Below are positions 8,770-19,219 of a stretch of 64,000 bases of DNA, piece after piece (within the stretch, counting starts at the first letter, position 1; the number at the start of each line of letters is the position of its first letter). Position numbers and translations under genes: made by a program. The notes below the pieces were generated by a model. It saw nothing but the letters and a program-made list of their open reading frames with translations, made no database searches and was not told the DNA's origin. Source of the DNA: Candidatus Taenariivivens baikalensis (GTDB lineage: Bacteria; Omnitrophota; Omnitrophia; Omnitrophales; Aquincolibacteriaceae); NCBI GenBank assembly GCA_009691445.1, contig SICL01000001.1:1738-65737 (forward strand). Direction: 5' to 3'.

Positions 8770-11079
8770 ATGATTCGCCGCCGGAGAGAAATGCATCGGG
8801 CTAGTTTTTTTTCACGGCTCTTATCCCGGCCGCGCAGATTCAAAGAGATTCAAAATTCACGCCATTATCGCTTCGAATTTCAAAAACTAATCGCGAATAT
8901 CTCCACCCATTTTATTAGACTCACGGTCGATCAAATTCATGATGGAATCCATGAAGCTTTTGAGAGAGTCTGCCAATTTGCCGGCGCCGACCGCGGCTAC
9001 ATTTTTTGGTATTCGGATATCCTGGGCAGGCATATGGAAAAAATCCAGGAATGGTGCGCCCCCAGTATTCCCTCTGAATTGGTGCGTGTGCGAGAACTTC
9101 ATATGGGGATGTTTCCCTATTTTGACGGAAAAATCAAAGAGCTCCAGCCCTTTCTCGCCAACCGAATAAAGGATCTGCCTGCGGAAGCCTCAGCCGAACG
9201 TAAAGAGTTTTCCGCTCAAAATGTTCAATCCCTTATTTTTGTCCCGATGGTGTATGAGGGAAAGTCGATTGGTTTTATAGGATTTGAAATGATTCGCGGA
9301 GAAGTCATCTGGAACACGGATACGATTTCCCTTTTAAAACTTCTGAGTGAGATTTTTGTGAATGCGCTTGAACGTATCCGTGCCGATAAAGTGCTGCGCC
9401 AAAGTGAGGAGCGTTATTCCCTGATAGCCCGCGGCGTCAATGACGGGCTTTGGGACTGGAATCTGAAAACCGATACCATCTTTTTTACCTCCCGTTGGAA
9501 GTCGATGCTGGGATATGAAGACAATCAGATCTCCGAACAGCCCTCGGAGTGGTTTGACCGAATTCATCCTGAAGACCGAATCCATGTGGATCAAACAATA
9601 TACGAACATCTCAAAGGATTGAGCGCGCATTGTGAAATTGAGCACCGCATTCTCCATATTGACGGAAACTATCGGTGGGTGCTGATTCGCGGACTTGCCA
9701 TCAAAGATGAAAAGGGCCGGGTCTGGCGAATGGCGGGATCGGCGACGGACATCACCACCCGCATTCGCTTTGAAGAAAAACTAAAACATAACGCGCTGCA
9801 CGATAGTCTTACAGGCCTTCCCAATCGGGCCTTTTTTCTTGAGCGCCTGAAAGACGCTGCTAACAAAGCTAAAAAATATCCCAAACATCTCTTTGCCGTG
9901 CTCTTCATGGATCTGAATCGTTTTAAAGCCATCAATGACAGTTTCGGACATCTGGTTGGTGATGAATTTTTGATTCAGGTAGGCCGTGCCATTGAAACCT
10001 GTGTTGGTTCCGGTCCCCTGGTAGCCCGGTTTGGCGGAGATGAATTTACCATTCTTATAGAGGGGATCCATGATGCCGGAGACGCGATTGCCGTTGCCGA
10101 ACGGATTCAAGAGACTTTGAAGCATCCGTTTTCTCTTCAGGATCAGACCATTTTCACCTCGGCGAGTATCGGTATTGCGTTAAGCTCCGCCACGGATATT
10201 CTGGACGAATCAGATATGCTCAGGAATGCGGACACTGCGATGTATGGGGCAAAGGCAAACGATAAAGGGGGCTATGTTATTTATACCGAAGTTATGCACG
10301 CCAAAATACTCGCGACTTTGAGAATGGAAACTGCTCTGCGCCAGGCGTTAGACCGAAAAGAGCTTCAAATTCATTATCAACCTATCATTTCACTTCAACA
10401 CGGAGTCATCAAAGGGTTTGAAGCGCTGTTACGATGGACGCACCCGGAGCTTGGATCCATTCCCCCGAGTGTTTTTATCCCGATGGCGGAAGAAACAGGG
10501 CTCATTATTCCCATCGGACTTTGGGTTTTGAATCAAGCCTGCCGGGAAGCAGCTCTGTGGCCTCGCCGTGGAAAAAATCCGCTCAGTGTCAGCATCAATC
10601 TTTCCGTTAAACAATTTTCGGATGTTAATCTGGTGGATCAAATCAAAAAGATTCTTCAGGAAACCCAACTAGATCCGGAATGTCTTCACCTGGAAATTAC
10701 CGAGAGTGTTCTTGTTGAGGATAGCGCACACGCCTTTGATATCCTGAGTCAGCTTCGCGAACTAAAAGTAAAACTCTATCTGGATGATTTTGGAACTGGC
10801 TACTCATCCCTGAGCTATCTCCATCGATTTCCGCTCGATATTCTAAAAATTGACCGTTCGTTTATCTCCACCATAGGAACCGACGGCGAAACTTCTGAAA
10901 TCACCAAGGCGATTTTATCTCTCGCTCATAATATGAATTTGGAAGTGGTGGCAGAAGGAATAGAAACAGAAGAGCAACTCGATTTTTTACGCACTCTGGG
11001 TTGTGAGTACGGCCAGGGCTATTTTTTTGCCAAGCCTCTTTCCTCAGACCAGGCTTCGAATTTTGTCTTGAATCAGTAA
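8770..11079 (+). CDS. GAF-PAS-GGDEF-EAL diguanylate cyclase/phosphodiesterase
   Basis: DGLWDW PAS, HDSLTGLPNR, RFGGDEF, FEALLRW, DDFGTGYSSL. Confidence 0.95.
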   Translation: MIRRRREMHRASFFSRLLSRPRRFKEIQNSRHYRFEFQKLIANISTHFIRLTVDQIHDGIHEAFERVCQFAGADRGYIFWYSDILGRHMEKIQEWCAPSIPSELVRVRELHMGMFPYFDGKIKELQPFLANRIKDLPAEASAERKEFSAQNVQSLIFVPMVYEGKSIGFIGFEMIRGEVIWNTDTISLLKLLSEIFVNALERIRADKVLRQSEERYSLIARGVNDGLWDWNLKTDTIFFTSRWKSMLGYEDNQISEQPSEWFDRIHPEDRIHVDQTIYEHLKGLSAHCEIEHRILHIDGNYRWVLIRGLAIKDEKGRVWRMAGSATDITTRIRFEEKLKHNALHDSLTGLPNRAFFLERLKDAANKAKKYPKHLFAVLFMDLNRFKAINDSFGHLVGDEFLIQVGRAIETCVGSGPLVARFGGDEFTILIEGIHDAGDAIAVAERIQETLKHPFSLQDQTIFTSASIGIALSSATDILDESDMLRNADTAMYGAKANDKGGYVIYTEVMHAKILATLRMETALRQALDRKELQIHYQPIISLQHGVIKGFEALLRWTHPELGSIPPSVFIPMAEETGLIIPIGLWVLNQACREAALWPRRGKNPLSVSINLSVKQFSDVNLVDQIKKILQETQLDPECLHLEITESVLVEDSAHAFDILSQLRELKVKLYLDDFGTGYSSLSYLHRFPLDILKIDRSFISTIGTDGETSEITKAILSLAHNMNLEVVAEGIETEEQLDFLRTLGCEYGQGYFFAKPLSSDQASNFVLNQ

Positions 11080-11082
11080 TTC

Positions 11083-11121
11083 AAAAAAGGGAGAGAGCAT
11101 AAGCAAGACCTCCCCTTTTTT
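11083..11121. terminator. Probable bidirectional intrinsic terminator
   Basis: aaaaaagggag...ctccccttttt between convergent genes. Confidence 0.6.
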
Positions 11122-13092
11122 TTAAATTACCCGATCATTACCGCCATCAATAGGAACTTGAGCCCCCGTCGTTTTTGAAAACACGGAACCGGCCACCGAG
11201 CATACCAATCGAGCAACATCCTTTGACGTAATCTCAACCTTGAGCAAATTAGATGACTTGTATTCATCCACACTGACGCCGTACTTTTTCGCCCGCGCCT
11301 GCAGAACTTCTTCCGTCCAGATAGCGGTATCAAAAACCTGATTGGGATGAATCACATTAACACGAATTCCTTGAGGGGCAAGCTCCAGAGCCGCAACACG
11401 CGCGAGTTGTGTCAGACCCGCCTTCGCAACTGAATAGGCAGACGCTCCAGGCCCGGGCGCCTGAACATTTTTTGAGGCGATAACCACGATCGAAGCATTG
11501 ATACCTAGCTGGAGATATGGAAGAGCGACTTGAATCAGCACCGCATGGCTGGTCAAATTGACCGACAAACTTTTTTCCCAAAGTTCGGATGTCATATCGG
11601 AAAGATTACAAGTCTCCGGAAAAAACCCTGCATTACTAATAAGAACGTCCAAGCCGCCAAACATACGCACGGTTTTCTCCACACAGGCCTGAATTTGTTC
11701 TCGATGAGCCACATCGCAGACCATTCCAAGGATTCCCGGTGACGAAAAAAGTGATGCAATCTTTGGGTCTTTATCCAAGGCTGCAACAACCGCCCCTTGC
11801 TTCACAAGTGCTTCAACGCACGCACGTCCAATTCCGCTTGCCGCTCCCGTCACCAGTGCGATTTTTCCCTGAAAATCTAACGGATTCGGCGTCTTTTTTA
11901 ATTTCGCCTGTTCGAGCACCCAATACTCCACCTCAAATAATTCTTTTTCGGAAAGGGGTTTCCAGCCCCCAAGCGCTTCCGCTTTTTGAATGGCTCGCAG
12001 CGTGTGTCCTGAAATATCCGAAATCACACGCGTTTCTTCCAAATCCCGGCCGAAGCTCACAACGCCGTGCTCAGGCCAAATGGCCCAGCGGGGCGCTGAA
12101 TCGAGGGGAATTAATTTTCCATCCGTATTTTTTTGAAAATACTTCTGATAATCCTGAGCAAAGCGAAGTAAATCTTCCTCTGAATTTTTTCCGATTACTG
12201 CGGGGACTCTTTTTGTCCGAATCACGTGATCTGGAGTGAGCGGACCCAAGGTCATTGCGGTCAGTCCGGTAAAATTGGAAAATCCCAGTGACGCCGAATC
12301 TTGGTCGAGCTTGGTGATCACTGGAGCCTGGCGAAGTTTAGAAACGATTTTTCGCAGACGTGCTAGTTCCAGAAGATTTTCCTTGGGAGGAATCTTCGAA
12401 GTCACCTGTTGCGCGCCTTTCTTTTCGAGAAAGACCTCCGCTTCGCAAACCAGTTCGATCATTTTTTCATAACTGCTTCGTGCGTTGTCGGCAAACGTAA
12501 AAATGCCGTGATTCATCAGAATCAAGCCTTGGACCTTCTTCCAATCAAGACCCTGAGTCATTTCAAAAATCTTTTTCGCCAGGACAAATCCGGGCATCAC
12601 ATAGGGCACCACAAGGACGCGGTCTCCGTAAATCTCACGAATTGATTTCTCCCCTTGGGTCGTGTTAGTGATAGTGAGTACAGCATCGGCATGAGTATGA
12701 TCCACAAAAGTATAAGGGATGATGGCGTGGAGAATGGCTTCGACGGAGGGGTTGGGAGCGTATGGATCAATCATCGCGGCACGCTGCATTTTCACCATTT
12801 CCCTATCATCGAGTGATTGGAGAGCGGCCATCTGTTTAAGAACTTTCAGACGGACAGGGGCAAATCCCGCAGCTTCAATAGAAGCCAAGTCCCATCCGCT
12901 TCCCTTAATATAAAGAATTTCTTCGGTTTCGCCAAAGCGGTTGACGACCGAAGTCTTCACCGAAGTATTCCCCCCGCCGTGAAGGACAAGGTCTGTCTCC
13001 TGCCCTAAAAGGCGCGAGGTGTAGACACGCAGTGACAAGGGATCCTTTTGACACTCTCTGGCTTGCTCTTCATTCCACAGACTTTTCATCAA
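11122..13092 (-). CDS. Bifunctional class II aldolase / short-chain dehydrogenase (rhamnulose-1-P aldolase/SDR family)
   Basis: GGGNTSVK, KGSGWDL, PSVE..LH, HTH, TPDHVIRTK; TGAASGIG, YSVAKA. Confidence 0.92.
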   Translation of the reverse strand: MMKSLWNEEQARECQKDPLSLRVYTSRLLGQETDLVLHGGGNTSVKTSVVNRFGETEEILYIKGSGWDLASIEAAGFAPVRLKVLKQMAALQSLDDREMVKMQRAAMIDPYAPNPSVEAILHAIIPYTFVDHTHADAVLTITNTTQGEKSIREIYGDRVLVVPYVMPGFVLAKKIFEMTQGLDWKKVQGLILMNHGIFTFADNARSSYEKMIELVCEAEVFLEKKGAQQVTSKIPPKENLLELARLRKIVSKLRQAPVITKLDQDSASLGFSNFTGLTAMTLGPLTPDHVIRTKRVPAVIGKNSEEDLLRFAQDYQKYFQKNTDGKLIPLDSAPRWAIWPEHGVVSFGRDLEETRVISDISGHTLRAIQKAEALGGWKPLSEKELFEVEYWVLEQAKLKKTPNPLDFQGKIALVTGAASGIGRACVEALVKQGAVVAALDKDPKIASLFSSPGILGMVCDVAHREQIQACVEKTVRMFGGLDVLISNAGFFPETCNLSDMTSELWEKSLSVNLTSHAVLIQVALPYLQLGINASIVVIASKNVQAPGPGASAYSVAKAGLTQLARVAALELAPQGIRVNVIHPNQVFDTAIWTEEVLQARAKKYGVSVDEYKSSNLLKVEITSKDVARLVCSVAGSVFSKTTGAQVPIDGGNDRVI

Positions 13093-13094
13093 GA

Positions 13095-13676
13095 TCAGAC
13101 CAAAACTTTTGTGCGGATACTTTTTTTAAAGAAGTGTTTCTTATAAAAGCGCAGTTCTTCGATGGACTCACGGATGTCGTCCAACGCGCGGTGTTTGTTT
13201 GTCTTGGAAAAAGGATTGCGGTTTTTTTTGTACCAGAAATTAACCAGGGACTTGACGCTGCTCACATCCACGTGGCGATAATGAAGGTATTCATGAATGC
13301 GGGGCATGTAACGCTCGAGAAATCGCCGGTCATGGTGGATGGAGTTACCGCATAGCATCGCTTTTTTCTCGGCGCAGTATTTTTTGATAAAATCGAGTGT
13401 GAGCGCTTCAGCTTGTTTCGTGCTAATTTTGGATTGCACAACGCCTTTAAAAAGACCGGATTTCAGGTGATGCTTCATATTCCAGTCATCCATCCCATCA
13501 AGATATTTTCCGGCTTGATGAACAATAATATCCGGTCCTTCTTCGATCACCTTTAAATGTTGGTCGGTAATAATGGTAGCAATTTCAATAATGACTTCCT
13601 TTTTAGGATTAAGACCGGTCATTTCCATATCAATCCATACGAGGCGCGGTGGAGCTTTCTTTGCTGTGTCAGTCAT
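13095..13676 (-). CDS. orn: Oligoribonuclease
   Basis: LVWIDMEMTGL, GNSIHHDRRFL, HRALDDIRESIEEL. Confidence 0.96.
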   Translation of the reverse strand: MTDTAKKAPPRLVWIDMEMTGLNPKKEVIIEIATIITDQHLKVIEEGPDIIVHQAGKYLDGMDDWNMKHHLKSGLFKGVVQSKISTKQAEALTLDFIKKYCAEKKAMLCGNSIHHDRRFLERYMPRIHEYLHYRHVDVSSVKSLVNFWYKKNRNPFSKTNKHRALDDIRESIEELRFYKKHFFKKSIRTKVLV

Positions 13677-13694
13677 AATCCATAACCTTCTAAT

Positions 13695-13752
13695 GCCATT
13701 CTGAGTGAAGCGAAGAATCTCAGATCCTTCGTCGCTCGCTCCTCAAGATGAC
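13695..13752. repeat. GTCAT-family variant (GTCATTCTGAG-type) supplying the epimerase stop codon
   Basis: gccattctgagtgaagcgaagaatct c agatccttcg...ctcaagatgac. Confidence 0.8.
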
Positions 13753-14672
13753 AATAAGTGCTGTTGATAACCCATTCTAAAATTCGGATACTTAAATGCA
13801 ATCCCTAATGATTTTAAGCGGCCGTTATTATACTTTTTTCCATACGCCTTACCAGTGAATATCTTTTCCCGAGAAAATGAAACGCCCAGTTTTTGAGAGA
13901 GCCAGCTGTAAAAATCGCCTTCCAAAACAGGTTCGTCATCGACTCCGAGATAAACACTACCTGCCTGTCCTTGATTAAAAAGAATAGGAATGCTTTGCAC
14001 AATATCATCGACGTGGATCATGTTGATGATTTTCTCCGGATGCGGAGGCGGCCACTCCCCATTTAAAACAGACTTAATTCGATTCCGGCTGGGGCCATAA
14101 ATTCCAGATAAACGAAAAATAAGCGAAGGATAACCGCTCTCCAGGATCTGTCTTTCCGCTTCAAGAAGAATCTTGGCGCGTTCAGTTTGGGGATTGGCAA
14201 TCACGCTTTCATCAATGATTTGAGATTGCTTCGCTTCGCTCTCAATGACGTCATTGTCCGTCGCATATCGTCGGACGGATCCGTCCTTTGGCGGAAGAGG
14301 AAGTCCGGCGACCGAAGGAATCTCGGGTTCACCAAAAACTCCGGTGCTGGAGAGATAAACTATCAATAAGGGCTTCTGATTCTTTTGAATGGCGGTCAGA
14401 TAATTGTGAACCGCTTCGAGATAGGTCTTCCGGTAGGCTTCCTCAGTACGATTTTCTGGTGCAAGTGAAATCACAATAAAATTCGCCGAAGGGATTGTCG
14501 GAAGATCAGGATTCCGCAGATCAGTCTGAAGGACAGTCGCTCCGAGATCTCGAAGGGCCTGAGTGCCCTCTGCAGTACGCTTAATGACCGTGACTTTTTG
14601 CTTTTTTTCTAGAAAATACTTAGCAACCGCACTGCCCGTATAACCTGCGCCCACAATCTGAATATGATACAC
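13743..14672 (-). CDS. NAD-dependent epimerase/dehydratase (atypical SDR) with repeat-derived insertion
   Basis: GAGYTG, YLSSTGVFG, RLSGIYGP, IHVDD. Confidence 0.88.
   Translation of the reverse strand: MYHIQIVGAGYTGSAVAKYFLEKKQKVTVIKRTAEGTQALRDLGATVLQTDLRNPDLPTIPSANFIVISLAPENRTEEAYRKTYLEAVHNYLTAIQKNQKPLLIVYLSSTGVFGEPEIPSVAGLPLPPKDGSVRRYATDNDVIESEAKQSQIIDESVIANPQTERAKILLEAERQILESGYPSLIFRLSGIYGPSRNRIKSVLNGEWPPPHPEKIINMIHVDDIVQSIPILFNQGQAGSVYLGVDDEPVLEGDFYSWLSQKLGVSFSREKIFTGKAYGKKYNNGRLKSLGIAFKYPNFRMGYQQHLLSS
14222..14324. repeat. Inside-out GTCAT element with nested GGATCC-centred hairpin, in frame in the epimerase
   Basis: gagattgcttcg...caatgac|gtcattg...gacggatccgtcctttggcgga...cgaaggaatctc. 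Confidence 0.88.
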
Positions 14673-14674
14673 GC

Positions 14675-14887
14675 CTAGTTCCAGTGAATGGCAAGACGTC
14701 GAAAGAGTTCAATGCCAACCGGATATCCGTAGAGGATTAAAACAAGACTCACGGGAACTAAAATGACCCAGCTTGCAATCTTGCGATGAACGGGGTCCTT
14801 AATTTTGACTGGAAGATAAGTGCAAAGAAGCAAGCAGACAAGGCAAATAAGAAACCAAATCCATGGATTGTAAAAAAAGGGACTCAT
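14675..14887 (-). CDS. Small two-TM membrane protein
   Basis: Two hydrophobic segments; TTGACT-N17-TAACCT directly upstream; 2 nt from next gene. Confidence 0.65.
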   Translation of the reverse strand: MSPFFYNPWIWFLICLVCLLLCTYLPVKIKDPVHRKIASWVILVPVSLVLILYGYPVGIELFRRLAIHWN

Positions 14888-14949
14888 GTTGGAGCAGGTT
14901 ATAATGGTTCGAACAATAAGTCAAGAAAGCCACCGATCAAAACCAAGCT

Positions 14950-15012
14950 GTCATCGCGAGCCCCGCAGGGCGTGGCGATCTTTCTGGATTGCTTCGCTTG
15001 GTTCGCAATGAC
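14950..15012. repeat. GTCAT-family palindromic element, intergenic
   Basis: gtcatcgcgag...gtggcgatc...gattgcttcg...tcgcaatgac. Confidence 0.88.
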
Positions 15013-15055
15013 GGCATTTTAAAAACATAATTTTTGATTTTCAGTGAGGGATTTC

Positions 15056-15083
15056 TTGACTTTTTAAGCGGATTTTGTAGACT
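15056..15083 (+). promoter_or_regulatory. Sigma70-type promoter of the cox operon
   Basis: TTGACT-N16-TAGACT. Confidence 0.55.
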
Positions 15084-15100
15084 CACATCACATTTCTTTA

Positions 15101-15967
15101 TTGAGCTCACTTAATCCAGGAAGATTTATTTTGAATCATTATTACGGATGGGGACTTCCCGTCAATATTTCCACGCACGGCGCTGCCATTGACCACCTGA
15201 TTTATGTGATTCATATTTTTATGGCGGTGCTGTTTATTGGCTGGTTTATCTTTCTTATTTATGCTCTGATTAAATTCCGCTCCCGGGATGGACACAAAGC
15301 CATCTACGATATTAATCACTTTAAGGTACCGACTTATCTTGAAGTCTTTGTTGCCTTGCTTGAAGTGGTTCTGCTCGTCGGATTCTCCTTTCCTATTATG
15401 AATCAGGTCCGCCAGCAGATCCCGGATAAATCTAAGGCGCTTGAGGTTCGGGTTCTGGGCGAACAGTTTGCCTGGAATATTCACTATCCGGGGCCCGATG
15501 GTCTTTTCGGGAAAAGTGCTCCTGAGTTTATGAAGCCCGGAAGTCCGGTGGGCCTTGATCCTGAGGACCCCATAGGCAAGGATGACGTGGTCACGATCAA
15601 TCAAATGAATATTCCTGTGCATCGCCCCGTGTTGGTTCATTTATCCTCAAAAGATGTTATTCATAGTTTTTTTCTGCCAGTAATGAGGGTAAAACAAGAT
15701 GCGATTCCTGGGCAGAGTATTCCTGTGTGGTTTGAAGCAACCCAGACAGGAAAATTCGAGATTGCTTGCGCCCAGCTCTGTGGTCTCGGTCATTACCGGA
15801 TGCGTGGATTTTTTAATGTACAAAGCCCTGAGGATTTTGCCAAATGGCTGGTGTCCAAGGCACCGAAGAAACGTATCCCCGCAACTCCGCGGGTTCCTGC
15901 TCCCTTGAAATCTTTTGTTGAGGACTCGACCGCCACAGTTGCATCACATACAACCGCGCCAAGTTAG
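15101..15967 (+). CDS. coxB: Cytochrome c oxidase subunit II
   Basis: Two TM helices, QFAW, DVIHSF, CuA motif CAQLCGLGHYRM; start uncertain. Confidence 0.93.
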   Translation: MSSLNPGRFILNHYYGWGLPVNISTHGAAIDHLIYVIHIFMAVLFIGWFIFLIYALIKFRSRDGHKAIYDINHFKVPTYLEVFVALLEVVLLVGFSFPIMNQVRQQIPDKSKALEVRVLGEQFAWNIHYPGPDGLFGKSAPEFMKPGSPVGLDPEDPIGKDDVVTINQMNIPVHRPVLVHLSSKDVIHSFFLPVMRVKQDAIPGQSIPVWFEATQTGKFEIACAQLCGLGHYRMRGFFNVQSPEDFAKWLVSKAPKKRIPATPRVPAPLKSFVEDSTATVASHTTAPS

Positions 15968-15986
15968 GCAGAAGAGAAATGAGTTT

Positions 15987-17753
15987 ATGAGTTCAGGCCA
16001 TCATCACTCGCACCCACCACAAGAAGCACATTCAAATCACGAACCGGATTTACCCTTCTGGCAGAAATATATTTTTTCCGTCGATCACAAGGTCATTGGG
16101 GTTCAATATACGGTGACAGCATTGATCTTCTTGCTTGTTGGTTTTTGTCTGATGCTTCTTATGCGGTGGCAGCTTGCTTATCCTGGGAAAGAGATTCCGT
16201 GGATTGCGGGATGGTTTTCGGAAAGGCAGATGCTAGGTGGAATTATGCTGCCGGAGTTTTACAATCAGTTGGGTGCGATGCACGGCACGATTATGATTTT
16301 TCTTGGGGTTGTACCGCTTGCTGTTGGAGGGTTTGGCAATTATGTGATACCCCTTCAGATTGGTGCTCCCGACATGGCTTTTCCCAAGCTGAATATGGCC
16401 AGTTACTGGCTTTTTTTGATTGGGGGCGTGATTATGATTTCCAGTTTTTTTCTCCCCGAAGGTGCCGCTCAATCAGGGTGGACGTCCTACCCTCCGCTTT
16501 CCGTGGTGGCAGCCGGTGGCCAGACGACCTGGCTGGTGGGAATGCTTTTTTTGATCTTTTCTTCACTGCTTGGTTCGATGAACTTTATTGTGACGATTGT
16601 TCAGCTCCGTGCTGACGGCCTCACCTTTTTTCGCCTCCCCTTTTTCGTGTGGGCTCAATTTGTAACAAGCTTCTTGCTTCTCTTGGCGTTTCCTCCCCTT
16701 CAGGCCGCTGCCGTGCTTCAATTTATGGATCGTGTATTTCACACTAGTTTCTTTCTTCCTTCCGGTCTTGTCGTTGCGGGCAAAGTGCTTGAAGTCGCGG
16801 GTGGTGGAAACCCGATTCTCTGGCAGCATCTTTTTTGGTTTTTGGCACACCCGGAAGTTTATGTGCTGATCCTTCCTGCCATGGGTATTTGTGCCGAGGT
16901 GATGACCTGTAATACCCGCAAGCCTCTTTACGGATATAAATCGATGATTTACTCCACTATTTTTCTTGGTTTTATGTCTTTTGTTGTCTGGGCACATCAC
17001 ATGTTCCTAACGAATATGGGAACCAAGATGAGTACTTTTTTTCAAATTACAACCATGATTATTTCCATTCCCTCTGTCATCATTCTGACGTCGCTGATTC
17101 TCAGCCTCTGGGGTGGTTCAATTCGGTTTAAGACACCCATGCTCTTTGCGATCGCTTTTCTTCCGATGTTTGCAATCGGAGGTTTGACGGGACTTCCTCT
17201 TGGACTCACTGCCGCAGATATTCATCTTCACGACACTTATTATGTGATTGGCCATTTCCATTATATCGTTGCACCAGGAACGTTATTTGGACTGTTTGCC
17301 GGTATTTACCACTGGTATCCAAAAGTGACGGGACGAAAGATGAGCGAAGTGCTCGGGAAAATTCATTTTTTGGGAACCTTGATTGGAATGAACTGCATTT
17401 TTATGCCAATGTTCATTATGGGAATAGCCGGGGTTTCACGCCGGCTTTGGGATCCCACCCAGTATGCGCACGCCGTTCCCACTCAGCCTCTGAATGTCTT
17501 CATTTCTATCGCAGCTTGGTGCATGGCTTTGGGTCAGATCCCATTTATTATTAATTTTTTTGGGTCGCTGATTTGGGGTAAAAAGGCAGACGATAATCCC
17601 TGGCAAGCAACAACCCTTGAATGGGCGACTTCCACCCCGCCTCCGCATGGGAATTTTGCCACGCCTCCTCAGGTTTATCGCGGGCCGTATGAATATAGTG
17701 TCCCCGGACAGCGCACTGATTTTTTGCCTCAAAATGTGAAAGGAGATAACTAG
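15987..17753 (+). CDS. coxA: Cytochrome c oxidase subunit I (A1-type)
   Basis: [34 protein letters not shown]; start moved to ATG 15987. Confidence 0.96.
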   Translation: MSSGHHHSHPPQEAHSNHEPDLPFWQKYIFSVDHKVIGVQYTVTALIFLLVGFCLMLLMRWQLAYPGKEIPWIAGWFSERQMLGGIMLPEFYNQLGAMHGTIMIFLGVVPLAVGGFGNYVIPLQIGAPDMAFPKLNMASYWLFLIGGVIMISSFFLPEGAAQSGWTSYPPLSVVAAGGQTTWLVGMLFLIFSSLLGSMNFIVTIVQLRADGLTFFRLPFFVWAQFVTSFLLLLAFPPLQAAAVLQFMDRVFHTSFFLPSGLVVAGKVLEVAGGGNPILWQHLFWFLAHPEVYVLILPAMGICAEVMTCNTRKPLYGYKSMIYSTIFLGFMSFVVWAHHMFLTNMGTKMSTFFQITTMIISIPSVIILTSLILSLWGGSIRFKTPMLFAIAFLPMFAIGGLTGLPLGLTAADIHLHDTYYVIGHFHYIVAPGTLFGLFAGIYHWYPKVTGRKMSEVLGKIHFLGTLIGMNCIFMPMFIMGIAGVSRRLWDPTQYAHAVPTQPLNVFISIAAWCMALGQIPFIINFFGSLIWGKKADDNPWQATTLEWATSTPPPHGNFATPPQVYRGPYEYSVPGQRTDFLPQNVKGDN

Positions 17754-18349
17754 TGTCTGCACTTATCCGCTATATTTCAAAACCTCATCCGGTCTCGGGC
17801 GTCACGAATGCTAAGTTAGGAATCTGGTGTTTTTTGGCATCCGAACTGATGCTTTTTGGCGGGCTTTTTTCAGCCTATATCGTTTTAAGAGGTTCTGCAT
17901 CCGAGTGGCCGCATGGATCGGCAGTTCTGAATGTTCCTTTAGCGACGCTCAATACGCTGATTCTTATATCCTCCAGTGTAACGATGGTGATGTCATGGGC
18001 GTCTTTAGCTTTGAAAAACCTTAAAAAATTCCGCTTCCATTTATCAATGACAATCCTGCTGTCACTTGCCTTTCTGGTGATCAAGGGCTTTGAGTATCAC
18101 TCTAAATTTGAGCACCATCATTTCCCCAGCACCGATAATTTTTTTGGAATGTATTTTACCCTTACAGGACTTCATGCCATCCACATCCTGGGCGGGGTGA
18201 TTGTGAACGCGTATCTTCTTTTTCCTGGAAGCAAACTTTACGAGACTGAACCGGAACAGTTCCTGGGACGTATTGAAGCCGCCGGACTCTACTGGCATTT
18301 TGTTGATCTTGTCTGGATCTTTCTTTTTCCCGTACTCTATTTACTTTGA
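17753..18349 (+). CDS. coxC: Cytochrome c oxidase subunit III
   Basis: [33 protein letters not shown]. Confidence 0.95.
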   Translation: MSALIRYISKPHPVSGVTNAKLGIWCFLASELMLFGGLFSAYIVLRGSASEWPHGSAVLNVPLATLNTLILISSSVTMVMSWASLALKNLKKFRFHLSMTILLSLAFLVIKGFEYHSKFEHHHFPSTDNFFGMYFTLTGLHAIHILGGVIVNAYLLFPGSKLYETEPEQFLGRIEAAGLYWHFVDLVWIFLFPVLYLL

Positions 18350-18358
18350 GGACTGACG

Positions 18359-18646
18359 ATGTCTGAACATTCACAGGAAGAAATAAGCAAGCACGTACGC
18401 ACGTACATCAGCGTTTTTGCGGCATTAGCGGCGCTGACAATAATTACTGTGGCTATTTCCTATCTCCACTTATCCACAGGCCTTGCCATTGCGGTAGCAT
18501 TGTTTGTTGCCACCATTAAAGGTTCTTTGGTTGTCGCCTATTTCATGCATCTGATTTCAGAAGCAAAAATCATTCGCTACATTTTAATTTTGACAGCTAT
18601 TTTCTTCTTGGTTCTGCTGTTACTGCCAGCGATTGGTCATTTTTAA
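18359..18646 (+). CDS. coxD: Cytochrome c oxidase subunit IV
   Basis: Three TM, IKGSLVVAYFMHL. Confidence 0.88.
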   Translation: MSEHSQEEISKHVRTYISVFAALAALTIITVAISYLHLSTGLAIAVALFVATIKGSLVVAYFMHLISEAKIIRYILILTAIFFLVLLLLPAIGHF

Positions 18647-18657
18647 GGATTATCTCT

Positions 18658-18870
18658 ATGTCATTACGTTTTATCCATCTCGTCTTCATCGTCACGGTTA
18701 TCGGACTCTTTCTTTTATGCGCTGGACTTTCCTACCGCGCTTACCAAGTAACCGCTCAACTGAATGAATTGGCACTTACCGGAGGCTCGCTTTTGCTGGC
18801 TGGAATCTTCTGCTACTATTTCTCTTATGTCCTGAAAGTTCTCCGCAAAATACCGACTCATGAATCATAA
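18658..18870 (+). CDS. Small two-TM protein in cox operon
   Basis: MSLRFIHLVFI; two hydrophobic helices; operon position. Confidence 0.7.
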   Translation: MSLRFIHLVFIVTVIGLFLLCAGLSYRAYQVTAQLNELALTGGSLLLAGIFCYYFSYVLKVLRKIPTHES

Positions 18871-19219
18871 AGCAGCTAACAACACTCCGTCATTGCGAAC
18901 AAAGCGAAGTAATCTCTTCGTTCGTCGTCATTACGAGCCGCAGCGAGGCAATCCCAGAGATCGCTGCGTCCTGCCAACGATGGGACTCGCAATGACAGCG
19001 CTTCTCTCATTTCTAACCTTATTAGCGCCTGCTGCACAGGCCTGTTCCGTCTGCTTCGGAGATCCGCGCTCAAATCAAACAAAGGCTGTTTTAGCGGGTA
19101 TTCTTTTTTTACTCGCCTTGATTAGTACAGTCTTAAGTGCGCTTGTCATTACGATTGTACGTTTCCAAAAAAGAAGCCACGCACTTTCAACCGCCGCTTC
19201 CTCGGCATCGGGTTCATGA
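18860..19219 (+). CDS. Small membrane-anchored CxxC protein (ACSVCFG) with repeat-derived N-terminal insertion
   Basis: Signal-like AQA-C, CSVC, one further TM; overlaps both neighbours. Confidence 0.7.
   Translation: MNHKAANNTPSLRTKRSNLFVRRHYEPQRGNPRDRCVLPTMGLAMTALLSFLTLLAPAAQACSVCFGDPRSNQTKAVLAGILFLLALISTVLSALVITIVRFQKRSHALSTAASSASGS
18889..18996. repeat. Three-part GTCAT element (two left halves plus one right half), in frame
   Basis: gtcattgcgaacaaagcgaagtaatct; gtcattacgagccgcagcgaggcaatc; gatcgctgcg...tcgcaatgac. Confidence 0.88.

Noticed and set aside
15766-15802. CuA motif with Gln (CAQLC) instead of Glu
   Set aside because: That residue ligates CuA through its backbone carbonyl, and Gln is a known variant.
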